Counted from the stretch's first letter, positions 36,601-46,955 are shown. The stretch: 64,000 nucleotides of DNA from Candidatus Eiseniibacteriota bacterium (GCA_963762255.1 CAVXKA010000002.1:912628-976627), one strand, 5' to 3'. Numbers and translations are program-made. Notes: generated by a model from the letters alone, not told the origin.

Positions 36601-37410
36601 CTACCCCGGAACCCCGAACTCCCGCAGCGCCTCGTTCAATGACGTCTTCCGATCGGTGGACTCTCGCCGGCGTCCGATGATGAGCGCGCACGGCACCGCA
36701 TAGTTCCCGGCGGGAAAGGCCTTGGGCCGCGTGCCAGGGATGACCACGGACCGCGCCGGCACTCGCCCGTGCGACACGACCGGCGATGGGCCGGTCACGT
36801 CCACGATCGGCGTGCTCGCGGTGAGCACCACGCCCGCACCGAGCACCGCTTCCTCTTCGATCAAGACGCCCTCCACCACGATGCAGCGCGAGCCGATGAA
36901 CGCGCCGTCCTCGACGATGACCGGCGACGCCTGCACCGGCTCCAGCACGCCGCCGATGCCCACGCCTCCCGAGAGGTGCACGCCCTTGCCGATCTGCGCG
37001 CACGAGCCGACCGTGGCCCAGGTGTCCACCATCGTTCCCGCCCCGACGTGAGCGCCGATGTTCACGTACGACGGCATGAGCACCGCGTCCGCCCCGATGA
37101 ATGCGCCGTAGCGCACGGTCGCGGGCGGCACCACGCGCACCGACGCGGCCGCGAAGCCCCGCTTCAGCGGGATCTTGTCCCGATACTCGAAGGGCCCGAC
37201 CTCACGCACCTCCGCCTTGCGCAGCGTGAAGTAGAGGAGCACCGCTTCCTTCAACCACGCATGGGTCACCCACGCGCCGTCGAGCTTCTCGGCCACGCGC
37301 AACTCGCCCGCGTCCAGCGCCGCCACCGCGCGTTCGACCGCCGCCGCCACGTCCGCTGCAGCCGCGCCGCGCCGGATCGGCCCAGGCCGCCTCGATGAGC
37401 GCGGCGTCAT
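36601..37410 (-). CDS. dapD: 2,3,4,5-tetrahydropyridine-2,6-dicarboxylate N-succinyltransferase
   Basis: 269 aa. Left-handed beta-helix hexapeptide repeats (...GAFIGADAVLMPSYVNIGAHVGAGTMVDTWATVGSCAQIGKGVHLSGGVGIGGVLEP...). Confidence 0.8.
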   Translation of the reverse strand: MTPRSSRRPGPIRRGAAAADVAAAVERAVAALDAGELRVAEKLDGAWVTHAWLKEAVLLYFTLRKAEVREVGPFEYRDKIPLKRGFAAASVRVVPPATVRYGAFIGADAVLMPSYVNIGAHVGAGTMVDTWATVGSCAQIGKGVHLSGGVGIGGVLEPVQASPVIVEDGAFIGSRCIVVEGVLIEEEAVLGAGVVLTASTPIVDVTGPSPVVSHGRVPARSVVIPGTRPKAFPAGNYAVPCALIIGRRRESTDRKTSLNEALREFGVPG

Positions 37411-37440
37411 CCTTCCATCGTTTCTCGTCCATGCCCTCTC

Positions 37441-38604
37441 CTACGGCGTCGCGCGGGCGAGCCGATCCATCGCATCGCGCAGCGTTTCCTCGTTCGAGGT
37501 GAGCGCCAATCGCACGTAGCCTTCGCCTTGCGCGCCCAGCGCGTTTCCGGGCAGCACCACGACTCCCGCTTCCAGCCAGCGCGTCGCAAGCTGATCGGAG
37601 GTCATGCCGCTTGGAACCGGGAGCCATATGTAGAACGTCGACGGCGGCGGGGTCACCGCGAATCCCATCCGATTGAGCGCGGCCACGACAAGATCGCGCC
37701 GCCTGCGGAAGCGCTCGCGAATGCCTTCGACATGGGCATCGTCGGCCCACGCCGCATGCGCCGCCGCCTGGATGAAATCCGGCGTGGCCACACCGAGGCC
37801 CGGCCGCACACGCTTGAGCGCCTCGATGAGCCGCGCGTCGCCCGCCATGATGCCGCTGCGATAGCCCGCCATCCCCGAGCGCTTCGAGAGCGAGTAGAGC
37901 GCCAGGATGTTCTCGGTCCCCCACTGCAGCGGCGAAGGCGGCGGGTCGTCGAAATAGGTCTCGCTGTAGGCCTCGTCGCTCACCAGGAGCACGCCGTGCC
38001 GGCGCGCCAGGACCACCGCCTCGGCGAGGAACGACGCCGGCGCCACCGCACCCGTGGGGTTGTTCGGGTAATTGATCCAGAGGATCGACGCGCGCCGCCA
38101 TACCTCGTCGGGAATTGCGCGCAGATCGGGAAGAAATCCATGATCGGCGCGAAGCGGCATCGGATAGACCTCGCCGCCGAACGCTCGCGTGCCGAGCGCG
38201 TAGACCGGGTATGCGGGGTCGGGCACGAGCGTGAGCGGGCGCTCGGCGGGGTCCAGCACCGCAAGCGGCAGGTTGAAGATCGCCTCCTTCGAGCCGTTCA
38301 CCGGCAGCACTTCGCGCTCCGGATCGACGCGGGCGCCGAACCGGCGCGCGAGCCACACCGCGGCAGCCTCGCGCAACCCGGGGAGACCGGTCACGCGCGG
38401 ATAGGTCGACTCCTCCGGGATCGCCTCGGTCATCGCGAGCTTCACGAAGTCCGGGGTGGGCTCGTGGGGATCCCCCATCCCCAGGTCGATGACGCGGATG
38501 CCGCGCGCTTCCACCTCGGCGCGCAGCGCGTCGAGGCGCGCGAACGGATACGGCGGGAGATCGCGCAAGTAGCGGCTGGTGGGAAGGGACGCCGGCAGGG
38601 ACAT
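37441..38604 (-). CDS. Class-I/II PLP aminotransferase (succinyldiaminopimelate aminotransferase DapC-like)
   Basis: 387 aa. ...VIDLGMGDPHEPTP...NYPNNPTGAVA...SLSKRSGMAGYRSG... (PLP-Lys). Located between dapD and dapE. Confidence 0.7.
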   Translation of the reverse strand: MSLPASLPTSRYLRDLPPYPFARLDALRAEVEARGIRVIDLGMGDPHEPTPDFVKLAMTEAIPEESTYPRVTGLPGLREAAAVWLARRFGARVDPEREVLPVNGSKEAIFNLPLAVLDPAERPLTLVPDPAYPVYALGTRAFGGEVYPMPLRADHGFLPDLRAIPDEVWRRASILWINYPNNPTGAVAPASFLAEAVVLARRHGVLLVSDEAYSETYFDDPPPSPLQWGTENILALYSLSKRSGMAGYRSGIMAGDARLIEALKRVRPGLGVATPDFIQAAAHAAWADDAHVEGIRERFRRRRDLVVAALNRMGFAVTPPPSTFYIWLPVPSGMTSDQLATRWLEAGVVVLPGNALGAQGEGYVRLALTSNEETLRDAMDRLARATP

Positions 38605-38606
38605 GC

Positions 38607-39701
38607 TTACCTCCCGTCGAGAAACGCGGCGAGCGCATCGTGCGCGCGGACCAGGTTGACGATCGGCACGCGCTCTTCACGCGTGTGGGCGAGTTCGGAA
38701 AGACCGGGCCCGAAGTTGGCGGCGGGAACGCCGTGTTGCGCGAACTGGGCCACGTCGGTCCATGCCTGCTTGGCCCGCGTGTCCAGGGCGTTCGACTCGA
38801 TGAACCGGCGCAGGAGCGGCGCGTCCGCACGCGCGGGGGCCGCGGGAGCGAGATCGACGATCTCCACCGTCGAGCCTGCTGGGGCGAGCGAGCGCACATG
38901 GGCGGCGGCATCCTCAGGCGAGCGGTCGGGGGCGAAGCGAAAGTTGAGGTTCACGGTGAAGCGATCGGGCACCACGTTGCGCGCCGAACCGCCCTCGGCG
39001 AGCGTGGCGGAGAGGACTTCGCGAAAGATCACCGATCCTGCGCCATGCTCGCGCGGCGGCATTTCCGCGATCCTGGTCAGAAACGGACCCGCCTTGTGGA
39101 TCGCGTTCTCCCCCTGCCAAGGCCGCGCGCTGTGGGCAGCCCGACCGTGGAAGGTCACGCGCGCGTGCAGCGTCCCGAGGCAGCCCAGTTCCGCCGCGTT
39201 TCCGGTGGGCTCGAGCATGAGCGCCAGCTCCGCGCGGGTGAGCCACGGCTCCAGCGCGAAGAGAGAACGCAGGCCGTTGCGCTCGAAGGGCCCCTCCTCG
39301 CGGTCGTAGAACACGAGGGCGAACGGCGTCATCGCGCGCGACGCCGCGCGCTCGGCCAGCGCCAGCATCACCGCGAGTGCACCCTTCATGTCGGTGGCGC
39401 CAAGACCGTGGACGTCGCCGCCGTCGATCGCGGGCTCGAGGTTCCCATTGGCGGGCACGGTGTCCAAGTGCCCGGCCAGCACAACCACGGGTTCCAACGC
39501 GCCGAACCCGGCCACGACCGCGTTCCCGTGCCGGCGCAGAAAGGCCGGGCGCGTGCGCTCGCGCAGAACGCTCTCCACGAAGCCGGCGATCGCGACTTCG
39601 TCGCCGGTCACGCTCGGGATGCGCACGAGGTCGAGGGTGCATCGGGCAAGAGTCTGGTCGAGGGAGGCGGGATCCGCGGGCGTCAACATGCGCGCAAGCA
39701 T
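38607..39701 (-). CDS. dapE: Succinyl-diaminopimelate desuccinylase (M20 family)
   Basis: 364 aa. M20 metal ligands (...LAGHLDTVP...DMKGALA...) within the dapD-dapC-dapE context. Confidence 0.75.
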   Translation of the reverse strand: MLARMLTPADPASLDQTLARCTLDLVRIPSVTGDEVAIAGFVESVLRERTRPAFLRRHGNAVVAGFGALEPVVVLAGHLDTVPANGNLEPAIDGGDVHGLGATDMKGALAVMLALAERAASRAMTPFALVFYDREEGPFERNGLRSLFALEPWLTRAELALMLEPTGNAAELGCLGTLHARVTFHGRAAHSARPWQGENAIHKAGPFLTRIAEMPPREHGAGSVIFREVLSATLAEGGSARNVVPDRFTVNLNFRFAPDRSPEDAAAHVRSLAPAGSTVEIVDLAPAAPARADAPLLRRFIESNALDTRAKQAWTDVAQFAQHGVPAANFGPGLSELAHTREERVPIVNLVRAHDALAAFLDGR

Positions 39702-39767
39702 ACGGGTTTTCGGCCGGATCGCCAGCCGGTCACTCGAACTTCGTGCAGAAGCCGGATCGCCGGCCGG

Positions 39768-40145
39768 TCACTCCCACTCCCCCGTGCGGCGCTCCTCCTT
39801 GGTCTTGCCACGGCGTTTCTTCTCGACCAGCCGCTTCTCGCGCGCGGACGCGGTCGGCTTGGTGGCCCGCCGCTTCTTGGGCGGCACCAGCATCCGCGCC
39901 AGCCGCTCCCGCAGCCGGTTCAGCGCGTCGGTTAGGTTTCGCCGCTGGGAACGCTCACGCCGCCCGATCACCACGACGCCGCTCGGACGGTGGTGGAGTC
40001 GGATCGAAGAGAGCGTCACGTTGCGGTGCTGCCCGCCCGGTCCCGAAGACTTGAACGCGGTGACGTCGCACTCGGCGAGCAGCTCCTCGTCCGTCCCCGG
40101 CAACTGATACGAAGCGCGCAACGCCTCCGGTGTCGGCCGGTCCAC
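39768..40145 (-). CDS. arfB: Peptidyl-tRNA hydrolase ArfB (alternative ribosome-rescue factor, RF-1 domain)
   Basis: 125 aa. GGQ motif SGPGGQHRNVT plus a basic C-terminal tail (KKRRATKPTASAREKRLVEKKRRGKTKEERR). Confidence 0.8.
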   Translation of the reverse strand: MDRPTPEALRASYQLPGTDEELLAECDVTAFKSSGPGGQHRNVTLSSIRLHHRPSGVVVIGRRERSQRRNLTDALNRLRERLARMLVPPKKRRATKPTASAREKRLVEKKRRGKTKEERRTGEWE

Positions 40146-40146
40146 G

Positions 40147-41142
40147 CTACGCCGCCGGAGCGGAACCGCCGGCGACGGACTGCGCGGCCTCGGCGGGGCC
40201 CGCGCCGCTTCGATTGAGCGCGCGGATCCGCGCGATGCGATCGTCCAACGGCGGATGGGTGGACAAGAGCCCCTGCGCCCGCTTCTCGAAGGACTTGAAC
40301 GGATTCACGATGTAGAGGTGCTGCGTGGCGCGGTTGGCCACTTCGAGCACCTCTTTGTCGTTGCCGAGTTTCTCGAGTGCGGAGGCGAGCCCGTCCGGAT
40401 TGCGGGTCAACTCCACCGCCGACGCGTCGGCCAGGTACTCGCGCTGCCGCGACGCTCCGAGTTGGATGAGCTTGGCCAGGATCGGCGCCACGATGGACAG
40501 CACGATGGCGAGCACAGCGACGATCGCCATCGCCGGCCCCGCGCCGCCGCTGTTGTCACGCGACGAGCGCCGCCGTCCGCCGCCCCACCACATCCAGCGA
40601 CGGAATACGTCCGCGGCCAGCACGAGGAAGCCGACCATCACCGCCAGGAGCATGGCGAAGCGGATGTCGTAGTTGCGCACGTGGCTCAGCTCGTGGGCCA
40701 GCACCCCTTGCAGCTCGTCGCGGGTGAGCTGCGAGCGCAGCCCGCGCGTGATCGCCACCGAGGCGTGAGCGGGATCCCGCCCGGTGGCGAACGCGTTGAG
40801 CGCGGTGTCGTCGATCGCGTAGACGCGGGGCATCGGCGTGCCCGCCGCGATGGAGAGTTCCTCCACGACGTTCCATAGCTGCGGATCGTCGTCCCGGCGA
40901 ATCTCCTTCGCCCCGCTCATGGTGAGGATCGCGCTCGCTCCACCGTAGTAGCTGAGGAGCGCGACCACCAGAGCCGCCCCCACCGCGATCGCCGCGGGCA
41001 CGATCGCGGTGCGGGGGTCGTCGCCCAGGAGGGTGATCGCAAACACGTAGACGGTCACCATCAGGAGCAGGACGAAGAGGAACACCAGCCCCGCCGACTT
41101 GCGGCGGTTCTCGGCCATGAGATCCCGAAACGTCTTGGGCAT
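40147..41142 (-). CDS. htpX: M48 zinc metalloprotease HtpX
   Basis: 331 aa. N-terminal TMs and HEXXH (VLAHELSHV). Confidence 0.8.
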   Translation of the reverse strand: MPKTFRDLMAENRRKSAGLVFLFVLLLMVTVYVFAITLLGDDPRTAIVPAAIAVGAALVVALLSYYGGASAILTMSGAKEIRRDDDPQLWNVVEELSIAAGTPMPRVYAIDDTALNAFATGRDPAHASVAITRGLRSQLTRDELQGVLAHELSHVRNYDIRFAMLLAVMVGFLVLAADVFRRWMWWGGGRRRSSRDNSGGAGPAMAIVAVLAIVLSIVAPILAKLIQLGASRQREYLADASAVELTRNPDGLASALEKLGNDKEVLEVANRATQHLYIVNPFKSFEKRAQGLLSTHPPLDDRIARIRALNRSGAGPAEAAQSVAGGSAPAA

Positions 41143-41151
41143 CGCGGCGGG

Positions 41152-41709
41152 TTAGAACTTCACCTGGGGCGCCTGACGCTGTGCCGCATCTTCCATCTCG
41201 AAGAACTCCTCGAGCTTGAAGCCCATGGTGTTCGCGATGATGTTGGCCGGGAACGACTGCACCCGCGTGTTGTACTGCGCGGTGATGTCGTTGTAGTGCT
41301 GCCGCGAGAAGGCGATCCGGTTCTCGGTGCCGGCCAGCTCTTCCTGCAGCGCGAGGAAGTTCTGGTTGGCCTTCAGATCCGGGTAGCTCTCGGAGAGCGC
41401 GAACAGTTGCCGGAGGGCGCCGGTCAGCATGTTCTCGGCCTGGGCCTGTTGCTGCACGCCGGTGGCCGCCATGGCGGCGTTGCGGGCCTGCACCACGCTC
41501 TCGAACGTCCCCTTCTCGTGCGCGGCGTAACCCTTGACCGTCTCCACCAGATTGGGGATCAGGTCGTACCGGCGCTTGAGCTGGACGTCGATCTGGCTCC
41601 AGGCATTCTTCACCTGCTGCCGCAAGCCGACCAGGCTGTTGTAGAGGCCGATCGCCCACATGACGATCGCCGCGATCAAGATCAGGGGCAAGAGAAAGAA
41701 CATGCCCAT
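41152..41709 (-). CDS. lemA: LemA family protein
   Basis: 185 aa from [61 protein letters not shown], a canonical LemA sequence. Confidence 0.75.
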   Translation of the reverse strand: MGMFFLLPLILIAAIVMWAIGLYNSLVGLRQQVKNAWSQIDVQLKRRYDLIPNLVETVKGYAAHEKGTFESVVQARNAAMAATGVQQQAQAENMLTGALRQLFALSESYPDLKANQNFLALQEELAGTENRIAFSRQHYNDITAQYNTRVQSFPANIIANTMGFKLEEFFEMEDAAQRQAPQVKF

Positions 41710-41822
41710 CGAAACCTCCTGCGTTCGTTCCCTCGGGCGCCGGTCTGCGACCACGCCGGTCGTTCCGTGCGCCCGTCCCCGGAAAGCGGCCGGGTGGCCG
41801 ATCCCGACATGAAACTACCCGT

Positions 41823-42755
41823 TCAGGGCCACTCGTGCAGCATTTCTTCCGCGGTCTGGAGGTGGATCTCCACCGTTTCTTCGGGATCCTCTGCGTAACC
41901 TCCGGCGAGCAATACGACGACCGACGCTCCGCTGTTGCGGCAAACGGACAGGACCCGGCGATCGCGCTCGCGAAGCCCTTCCAGGGTGAGTCCCAGGCCG
42001 CCGAGCTTGTCCAGGCGGTACGGATCCGCGCCTGCCAGATAGTAGACGAGTTCGGGGCGGCGGGCGGTCACGGCGATCTCCAGGCCGCGCTGGAGCTCCG
42101 CCAGGTAGGTGGCGTCGTCGACGCCGTCCGGGAGGCCGATATCGAGGTCACTGCGCTGTTTCAGGGGGTAGTTGTTCTCCTGGTGCATCGAAAACGTGAA
42201 CACGCGCGCGTCGTCCTCGAAGATCCGCGCGGTGCCGTTCCCCTGGTGCACGTCGAGGTCCACGACGCTCACCTTCGTCACCTCGCGCCCGGCGGCGTCA
42301 CCGAGCGGCGTCCCGTCGTCGTCGCCCAGCGCCCAGCGGGCGCCGATGGCGGTGTCGTTGAGGTAGCAGAACCCCTCGGCGTGGTCGGCGAATGCGTGAT
42401 GGAACCCCCCACCGATGTGCATGGCCGCGCCGCGCGCCAGCGCCAGTTCGGTAGCGGTGGCCGTGCCGTAGGCCGCCAGCTCGAACCAGCGGGCGATTTC
42501 CATGGTGAGCGGAAGCTCCGAGGAAACCGTGGCAAAGGTCTGCCGCAGGGTGAACAGATCGGCGAGGTAGGTCTCGGTGTGGGCCAGCCTGAGGATCGCG
42601 CGATCCCGCGCCCGGGGCTCGACAAACGCATCCGCCGAGGCGAGCCCCGTCTCGAGGATCCGCTCCTTCACGCGGCGGTACTTGAAGGTCGGAAAGACGT
42701 GCGGTCCGATGTCGGCCTCGTAGGCGGGGCTGAAGACGAAAGCGGGAACGCTCAT
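41823..42755 (-). CDS. Histone deacetylase-family (arginase/deacetylase fold) protein, AcuC/HDAC-like
   Basis: 310 aa. ...GGGFHHAFADHAEGFCYLND...VVDLDVHQGNGT... zinc-binding signature. Confidence 0.7.
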   Translation of the reverse strand: MSVPAFVFSPAYEADIGPHVFPTFKYRRVKERILETGLASADAFVEPRARDRAILRLAHTETYLADLFTLRQTFATVSSELPLTMEIARWFELAAYGTATATELALARGAAMHIGGGFHHAFADHAEGFCYLNDTAIGARWALGDDDGTPLGDAAGREVTKVSVVDLDVHQGNGTARIFEDDARVFTFSMHQENNYPLKQRSDLDIGLPDGVDDATYLAELQRGLEIAVTARRPELVYYLAGADPYRLDKLGGLGLTLEGLRERDRRVLSVCRNSGASVVVLLAGGYAEDPEETVEIHLQTAEEMLHEWP

Positions 42756-42804
42756 GACGACAGACTCCCGGAACTACGAGACCGACTCGACGCCGCTGCC
42801 CGCC

Positions 42805-43470
42805 CTAGCGGGTTTCGAACGTGATGGTGTCCATCGTCACAGGCGTGTTCGGCTTGCCCTGCGGGCTCTTCGGCACCTTGACGATGGCGTTCACCACGTC
42901 CATTCCTTCGACCACCTCGCCAAAGATGGTGTGGTGACCGGTGAGGTGCTTGCTGTGTTCGCCATCCAGCGTGATGAAGAACTGGCTCGAGTTGGTGCCC
43001 GGGCCGGCGTTGGCCATCGCGAGGAGCCCCGCCCGGTCGAACTTCAACTCGGGGGAGAACTCGTCGGCGAACTTGGCGCCCCAGAGGCTCTTCCCGCCGC
43101 TGCCGGTGCCGGTAGGATCGCCGCCCTGAATCATGAAGTTCTCGATGAGGCGATGAAAGCCCACGCCCTTGTAGTAGCCCGTCGCGGCCAGACCCTTGAA
43201 GTTGGCCACCGCGAGGGGCGCCTGCTTGGGGAAGAACCGGAGAACGACCGTCCCCATGCTGGTCTTCACGACCGCGTACTCGTTCGAGGGGCCGGGATCC
43301 TTCTTCATCGAGCGCTCGAGAACCATCGTGTCCGCCACCTTCTTTGCCGTCACAACCTTGGCCTTCTCGGCCGTCTTCACCGGTTCGGCCGCGTTGGCCG
43401 AGCCGATCGTCACGGCGGCCAGAAAACCGGCCGACGCTGCAATGAGAACCAAAGACCTGGTAGATTTCAT
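42805..43470 (-). CDS. Secreted cyclophilin-type peptidyl-prolyl cis-trans isomerase
   Basis: 221 aa. Signal peptide. ...GYYKGVGFHRLIENFMIQGGDPTGTGSGG...SQFFITL... cyclophilin motifs. Confidence 0.8.
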   Translation of the reverse strand: MKSTRSLVLIAASAGFLAAVTIGSANAAEPVKTAEKAKVVTAKKVADTMVLERSMKKDPGPSNEYAVVKTSMGTVVLRFFPKQAPLAVANFKGLAATGYYKGVGFHRLIENFMIQGGDPTGTGSGGKSLWGAKFADEFSPELKFDRAGLLAMANAGPGTNSSQFFITLDGEHSKHLTGHHTIFGEVVEGMDVVNAIVKVPKSPQGKPNTPVTMDTITFETR

Positions 43471-43635
43471 GAAACGCTTCCTCCTCGGTGATGCCGAATC
43501 CCCGGCCGCTCAGGGCCGGACGGTACGCATGGCCTGCGGGTTGGGGTATTCTAGGGCCCTCATCGACCCTGGGGCAACCGGTCCGCCGGGGCCCAATACA
43601 ATCAGCCCGCTCGTCCGAGTCCCCGGCGCGTTCAT

Positions 43636-43664
43636 TTGACGGACTTTCCGGCTTGGGTGAGAAT
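43636..43664 (+). promoter_or_regulatory. Candidate sigma70 promoter for fabI (TTGACG-N17-GAGAAT)
   Basis: Located in the divergent intergenic region between the cyclophilin gene and fabI. Confidence 0.25.
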
Positions 43665-43690
43665 CCCGCGATTCAGCACATGGGGGATGA

Positions 43691-44467
43691 ATGCTGCCGA
43701 TCGACCTCTCCGGCAAATACGGCCTCGTTTTCGGGGTCGCCAACAAGCGAAGCCTGGCGCTGGCCATCGCCGAGTACCTGCACCGCGCAGGAGCGCGGCT
43801 GGCCTTCGCGTATCAGGGGGAGCGGTTCCGGGAGTCGGTCGAGGAGTTGGTCCGGGACATGCGCGATCCGGTGCTCATCGAATGTGACGTGAGCCGCGAG
43901 GAGGATCTGGAGCGCACGTTCGAGACGGTGAAGCTGGAGTTCGGCGCGCTCGACTACCTGGTGCACAGCGTCGCCTTCGCCCCCCGCGAGGAACTCGAAG
44001 GGAACTTTCGCGACACCACGCGTGAGGGATTCCGCATCGCGCTCGACATCTCCGCCTACTCGCTCATCCCGATGGCGCGGCTCGCCGCCCCGCTCATGGA
44101 AGGGCGCGCCGGATCGCTTCTGGCCCTCTCCTACATCGGCGCCGAGCGCGCGGTGCCGGGCTACAACGTGATGGGAACGGCCAAGGCCGCGCTCGAGCAA
44201 GCGGTGCGTCAGCTCGCCTTCGACCTGGGCTCCCTCGGCATCCGCGCCAACGCGATCTCCGCCGGGCCGGTGAACACGCTCTCCGCTCGCGGGGTGAGCG
44301 GCTTCACCGACATCCTCAAGATCTACCCCGAGCGCGCGCCGCTCCATCGCAACATCGATCAGGAGGACGTGGGCAAGGCCGCGCTGTTCCTGTTGAGTGA
44401 CCTGGCCAGCGGGGTCACCGGCGAGGTGCTCCACGTGGACGCCGGCTTCCACATCACGGCGTTTTGA
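43691..44467 (+). CDS. fabI: Enoyl-[acyl-carrier-protein] reductase (NADH)
   Basis: 258 aa. ...GKYGLVFGVANKRSLA...YxxxxxxK layout (SYIGAERAVPGYNVMGTAKAALE) typical of FabI. Confidence 0.85.
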   Translation: MLPIDLSGKYGLVFGVANKRSLALAIAEYLHRAGARLAFAYQGERFRESVEELVRDMRDPVLIECDVSREEDLERTFETVKLEFGALDYLVHSVAFAPREELEGNFRDTTREGFRIALDISAYSLIPMARLAAPLMEGRAGSLLALSYIGAERAVPGYNVMGTAKAALEQAVRQLAFDLGSLGIRANAISAGPVNTLSARGVSGFTDILKIYPERAPLHRNIDQEDVGKAALFLLSDLASGVTGEVLHVDAGFHITAF

Positions 44468-45143
44468 CGGGCCACAGATCTCCCTGATCGCACTCCATCA
44501 CCCACGCGGTGTTGCGGCGGTGGATGGGGCACGGGCCGAGGCGCCGCAGTGCCTCGTGGTGCTCCGGCGTGGGGTAGCCCATGTGACGCGCGAACCCGTA
44601 ACCCGGGTGGCGTCGGTCCATCCGCCGCATGAGCGCATCGCGGAACGCCTTGGCCACCAGGCTCGCGCACGCGATCTGATAGAAGGTGGCGTCCCCCTTC
44701 GTGTGCGCCTCCTGCGGGAGATCGATGCCGGGTATCGTGCGCGCGTCGACTAGCACGAGTTCGGGCGACGGGTCGAGGCGCCGCACCGCGCGCGCCATCG
44801 CGCGCAGCCCCGCGTGGTAGACGTTGACGCGTTCGATCTCGCGCGCGCTCGCCACGCCGATCCCGGCCGCGATCGCCTCGGCGAGGATCTCGCGCGCCAG
44901 ACGCTCGCGCTCGTCCGGAGAGAGCACCTTCTTGGAATCGTCCACGCCGCGAATCGCCGAATCCTCGGGCATGATCACCGCCGCCGCCACGAGCGGGCCG
45001 GCCAGCGGTCCCACCCCCACCTCATCCACGCCGGCGAGCAGGCGGATCCCGCGTTTGCGATAGGGCTGCTCCCTGCGGCGAAGTCGCCACATCACCGGGA
45101 CCACACGCTTCTTGGTCGCCTTCGCGCTTGCCACCGTCGTCAT
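44454..45143 (-). CDS. rnhB: Ribonuclease HII
   Basis: ...LAGVDEVGVGPLAGPLVAAAVIM...DDSKKL-like (VDDSKKVLSPDERERL)...FYQIACASLVAKAFRD.... The start is ambiguous (MTTV... or MWRL...). Confidence 0.8.
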   Translation of the reverse strand: MTTVASAKATKKRVVPVMWRLRRREQPYRKRGIRLLAGVDEVGVGPLAGPLVAAAVIMPEDSAIRGVDDSKKVLSPDERERLAREILAEAIAAGIGVASAREIERVNVYHAGLRAMARAVRRLDPSPELVLVDARTIPGIDLPQEAHTKGDATFYQIACASLVAKAFRDALMRRMDRRHPGYGFARHMGYPTPEHHEALRRLGPCPIHRRNTAWVMECDQGDLWPVKTP

Positions 45144-45211
45144 GGGCCATCATCCTAGTGCGCGGTCGGGCGGCCCACAACCCGCCCCCGCGAGAAAGGA
45201 CGCAGCGCGAG

Positions 45212-45814
45212 GTGAAGATCTACACACGGTCGGGAGATCGCGGCGAGACCGCGCTGTTCGGCGGCGGCCGCGTGATGAAGGACAACGATCGCATCGAGGC
45301 CTACGGCACGACGGACGAGCTGACCGCCTATCTTGGGTGGATTCGCAGCTGCACTCCGCACCGTGATCTCGAGGAGATCCTGCGCGAGGCGCAGAAGGCG
45401 CTCTTCGACATCGGCGCGCACCTCGCTACGCCGCCGGAAGCGCTGAAGGCGTGCGCGGTGCTCCCGCCACTCCGCCCGGAGCGAGTGGCCGAGCTGGAAG
45501 CTGCCATCGACAAGCTGGAAGGCGAGCTCGAGCCGCTCACTTCGTTCATCCTGCCGGGCGGCACCGAGGAGAGCGCGCTCTTCCACGTCGCGCGCTCGGT
45601 GTGTCGGCGCGCGGAACGGGTGGTCGTGGCGATGCGCATCGACGAGATGCTTCCGCTCCCCGAACCCGGCCTCGCCTACCTCAATCGCCTCTCCGATCTC
45701 CTTTTCGTCATGGCCCGCGTGGTGAACCGGCGGGCGGGAGCGGCCGACGAGCTCTGGATCCCGGAGCGGCCGGACGGTGCCGAGACGCCCCCGCTCCCGG
45801 GCGGGGGCGTGTAA
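45212..45814 (+). CDS. PduO-type ATP:cob(I)alamin adenosyltransferase
   Basis: GTG start. VKIYTRSGDRGETALFGG...DELTAYLGW..., a canonical PduO/MMAB N-terminus. Confidence 0.7.
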   Translation: MKIYTRSGDRGETALFGGGRVMKDNDRIEAYGTTDELTAYLGWIRSCTPHRDLEEILREAQKALFDIGAHLATPPEALKACAVLPPLRPERVAELEAAIDKLEGELEPLTSFILPGGTEESALFHVARSVCRRAERVVVAMRIDEMLPLPEPGLAYLNRLSDLLFVMARVVNRRAGAADELWIPERPDGAETPPLPGGGV

Positions 45815-45820
45815 TCGATC

Positions 45821-46837
45821 ATGCGTGAGTTCTATCCCCTGCCGCAGATCATGCAACGCGCGGTACTCGAGCGAAACGGCCGCTTCCGCCTGGAGACGGT
45901 GCCGCTGCCCGAGCTTGAATCGGGCGATCTCCTCTTTCGATTGCTGTCCGCCGGCATTGGCCCAGCCGACCTCGACCTCACGCTCAACGTCGGACGCACG
46001 CCTTCGGCGCTGCCGGTGACGGAGATCGCTGCGGCGGGCGAAGGCGTCTCCGGGTGGAATCCGCTCGATCGCGCGCTTCTGCTCGCGCCGCTGCTTGCGG
46101 TCGGCGGTGCGCCCTTCGAAGGCCTGGCGGAATTTGTACGAGTGCCGGCAGGAGCAGTGCACGGCGGCGGCGTCATCAAGCTTCCTATGGAGATCCCCGC
46201 CGACGATGCGACGCTCATCCCCGCGGCGGCGATGGCCGCGCGGGTGCTGCACGAGACGCGCTCGTCGAATGCAGCGGGGCTCCTGGTGCTGGGGCTCGGG
46301 CTCGCGGGCCAGGCGCTCATCCGCATGGCGCGCCATCAGGGCGTGCGTGCGGTGGTGGCCGTGGACACGTCGGCCACGCTTCGCGAGCGCGCGTCGTGGA
46401 GCGGCGCGACGCATGTCGTGCGCGTCCCCGAGGAACAGGTGCGCGCGGCGGTGATGGATGCGACGGGCGGAGCAGGAGTCCAGGCGGCGGTGATCCTCAC
46501 CGGGGATCCGTCGTACGCGCCGGAGGCGCTGCAGTCCCTGGCGCCGCGCGGCACACTGATCCTCGGTGCGCCCTTCCCGGCGTCCTTCCTCTTCGCGGTG
46601 CCGGGCACGCTCGTGCAGCGTCGCGAGCTGCGCATCATCGGGGTGAGCGGCTTCGAGACACGCGACGTGCGTGACGCGATGCAGGCGTTGCGGCTGGGGA
46701 TCGTCAACGCGGAGACGCTCGTCTCCAAGCATGTCGCGTGGTCGGAACTCCCCTCGATGGAGCTGGAGCCCGGCTACTGGTCGCACGGCACTCACGTCGT
46801 GGTGGAAGGCCCCGAGGACCTGGCGCCGGAGAGCTAG
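45821..46837 (+). CDS. Medium-chain dehydrogenase/reductase (zinc-type ADH-like) family oxidoreductase
   Basis: 338 aa. Rossmann GLGLAGQALIRMARHQG. The catalytic-zinc ligands look degenerate. Confidence 0.5.
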   Translation: MREFYPLPQIMQRAVLERNGRFRLETVPLPELESGDLLFRLLSAGIGPADLDLTLNVGRTPSALPVTEIAAAGEGVSGWNPLDRALLLAPLLAVGGAPFEGLAEFVRVPAGAVHGGGVIKLPMEIPADDATLIPAAAMAARVLHETRSSNAAGLLVLGLGLAGQALIRMARHQGVRAVVAVDTSATLRERASWSGATHVVRVPEEQVRAAVMDATGGAGVQAAVILTGDPSYAPEALQSLAPRGTLILGAPFPASFLFAVPGTLVQRRELRIIGVSGFETRDVRDAMQALRLGIVNAETLVSKHVAWSELPSMELEPGYWSHGTHVVVEGPEDLAPES

Positions 46838-46925
46838 CCACCCGCCCCGCCGCTGCAGCACCTGACCAATAGTGTCATGTGTAGGGTGATTCCTCCCAAC
46901 ACGGCTTCCCGAACGAAATGCGCCT

Positions 46926-46955
46926 TTGACTTTGCCTACTGATTGGGCATAAAGT
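46926..46955 (+). promoter_or_regulatory. Candidate promoter (TTGACT-N17/18-(A)TAAAGT) in the AT-richer intergenic region upstream of the lipoprotein gene
   Basis: Followed by a strong SD GAAGGAGG 5 nt before the ATG at 47000. Confidence 0.3.

Noticed and set aside
45212-45814. The PduO-type cobalamin adenosyltransferase as part of the microcompartment system.
   Set aside because: It is 30 kb away, on the opposite strand, in a housekeeping context (rnhB, fabI). The BMC locus has no B12-dependent enzyme, so this is most likely the general MMAB-type housekeeping enzyme.
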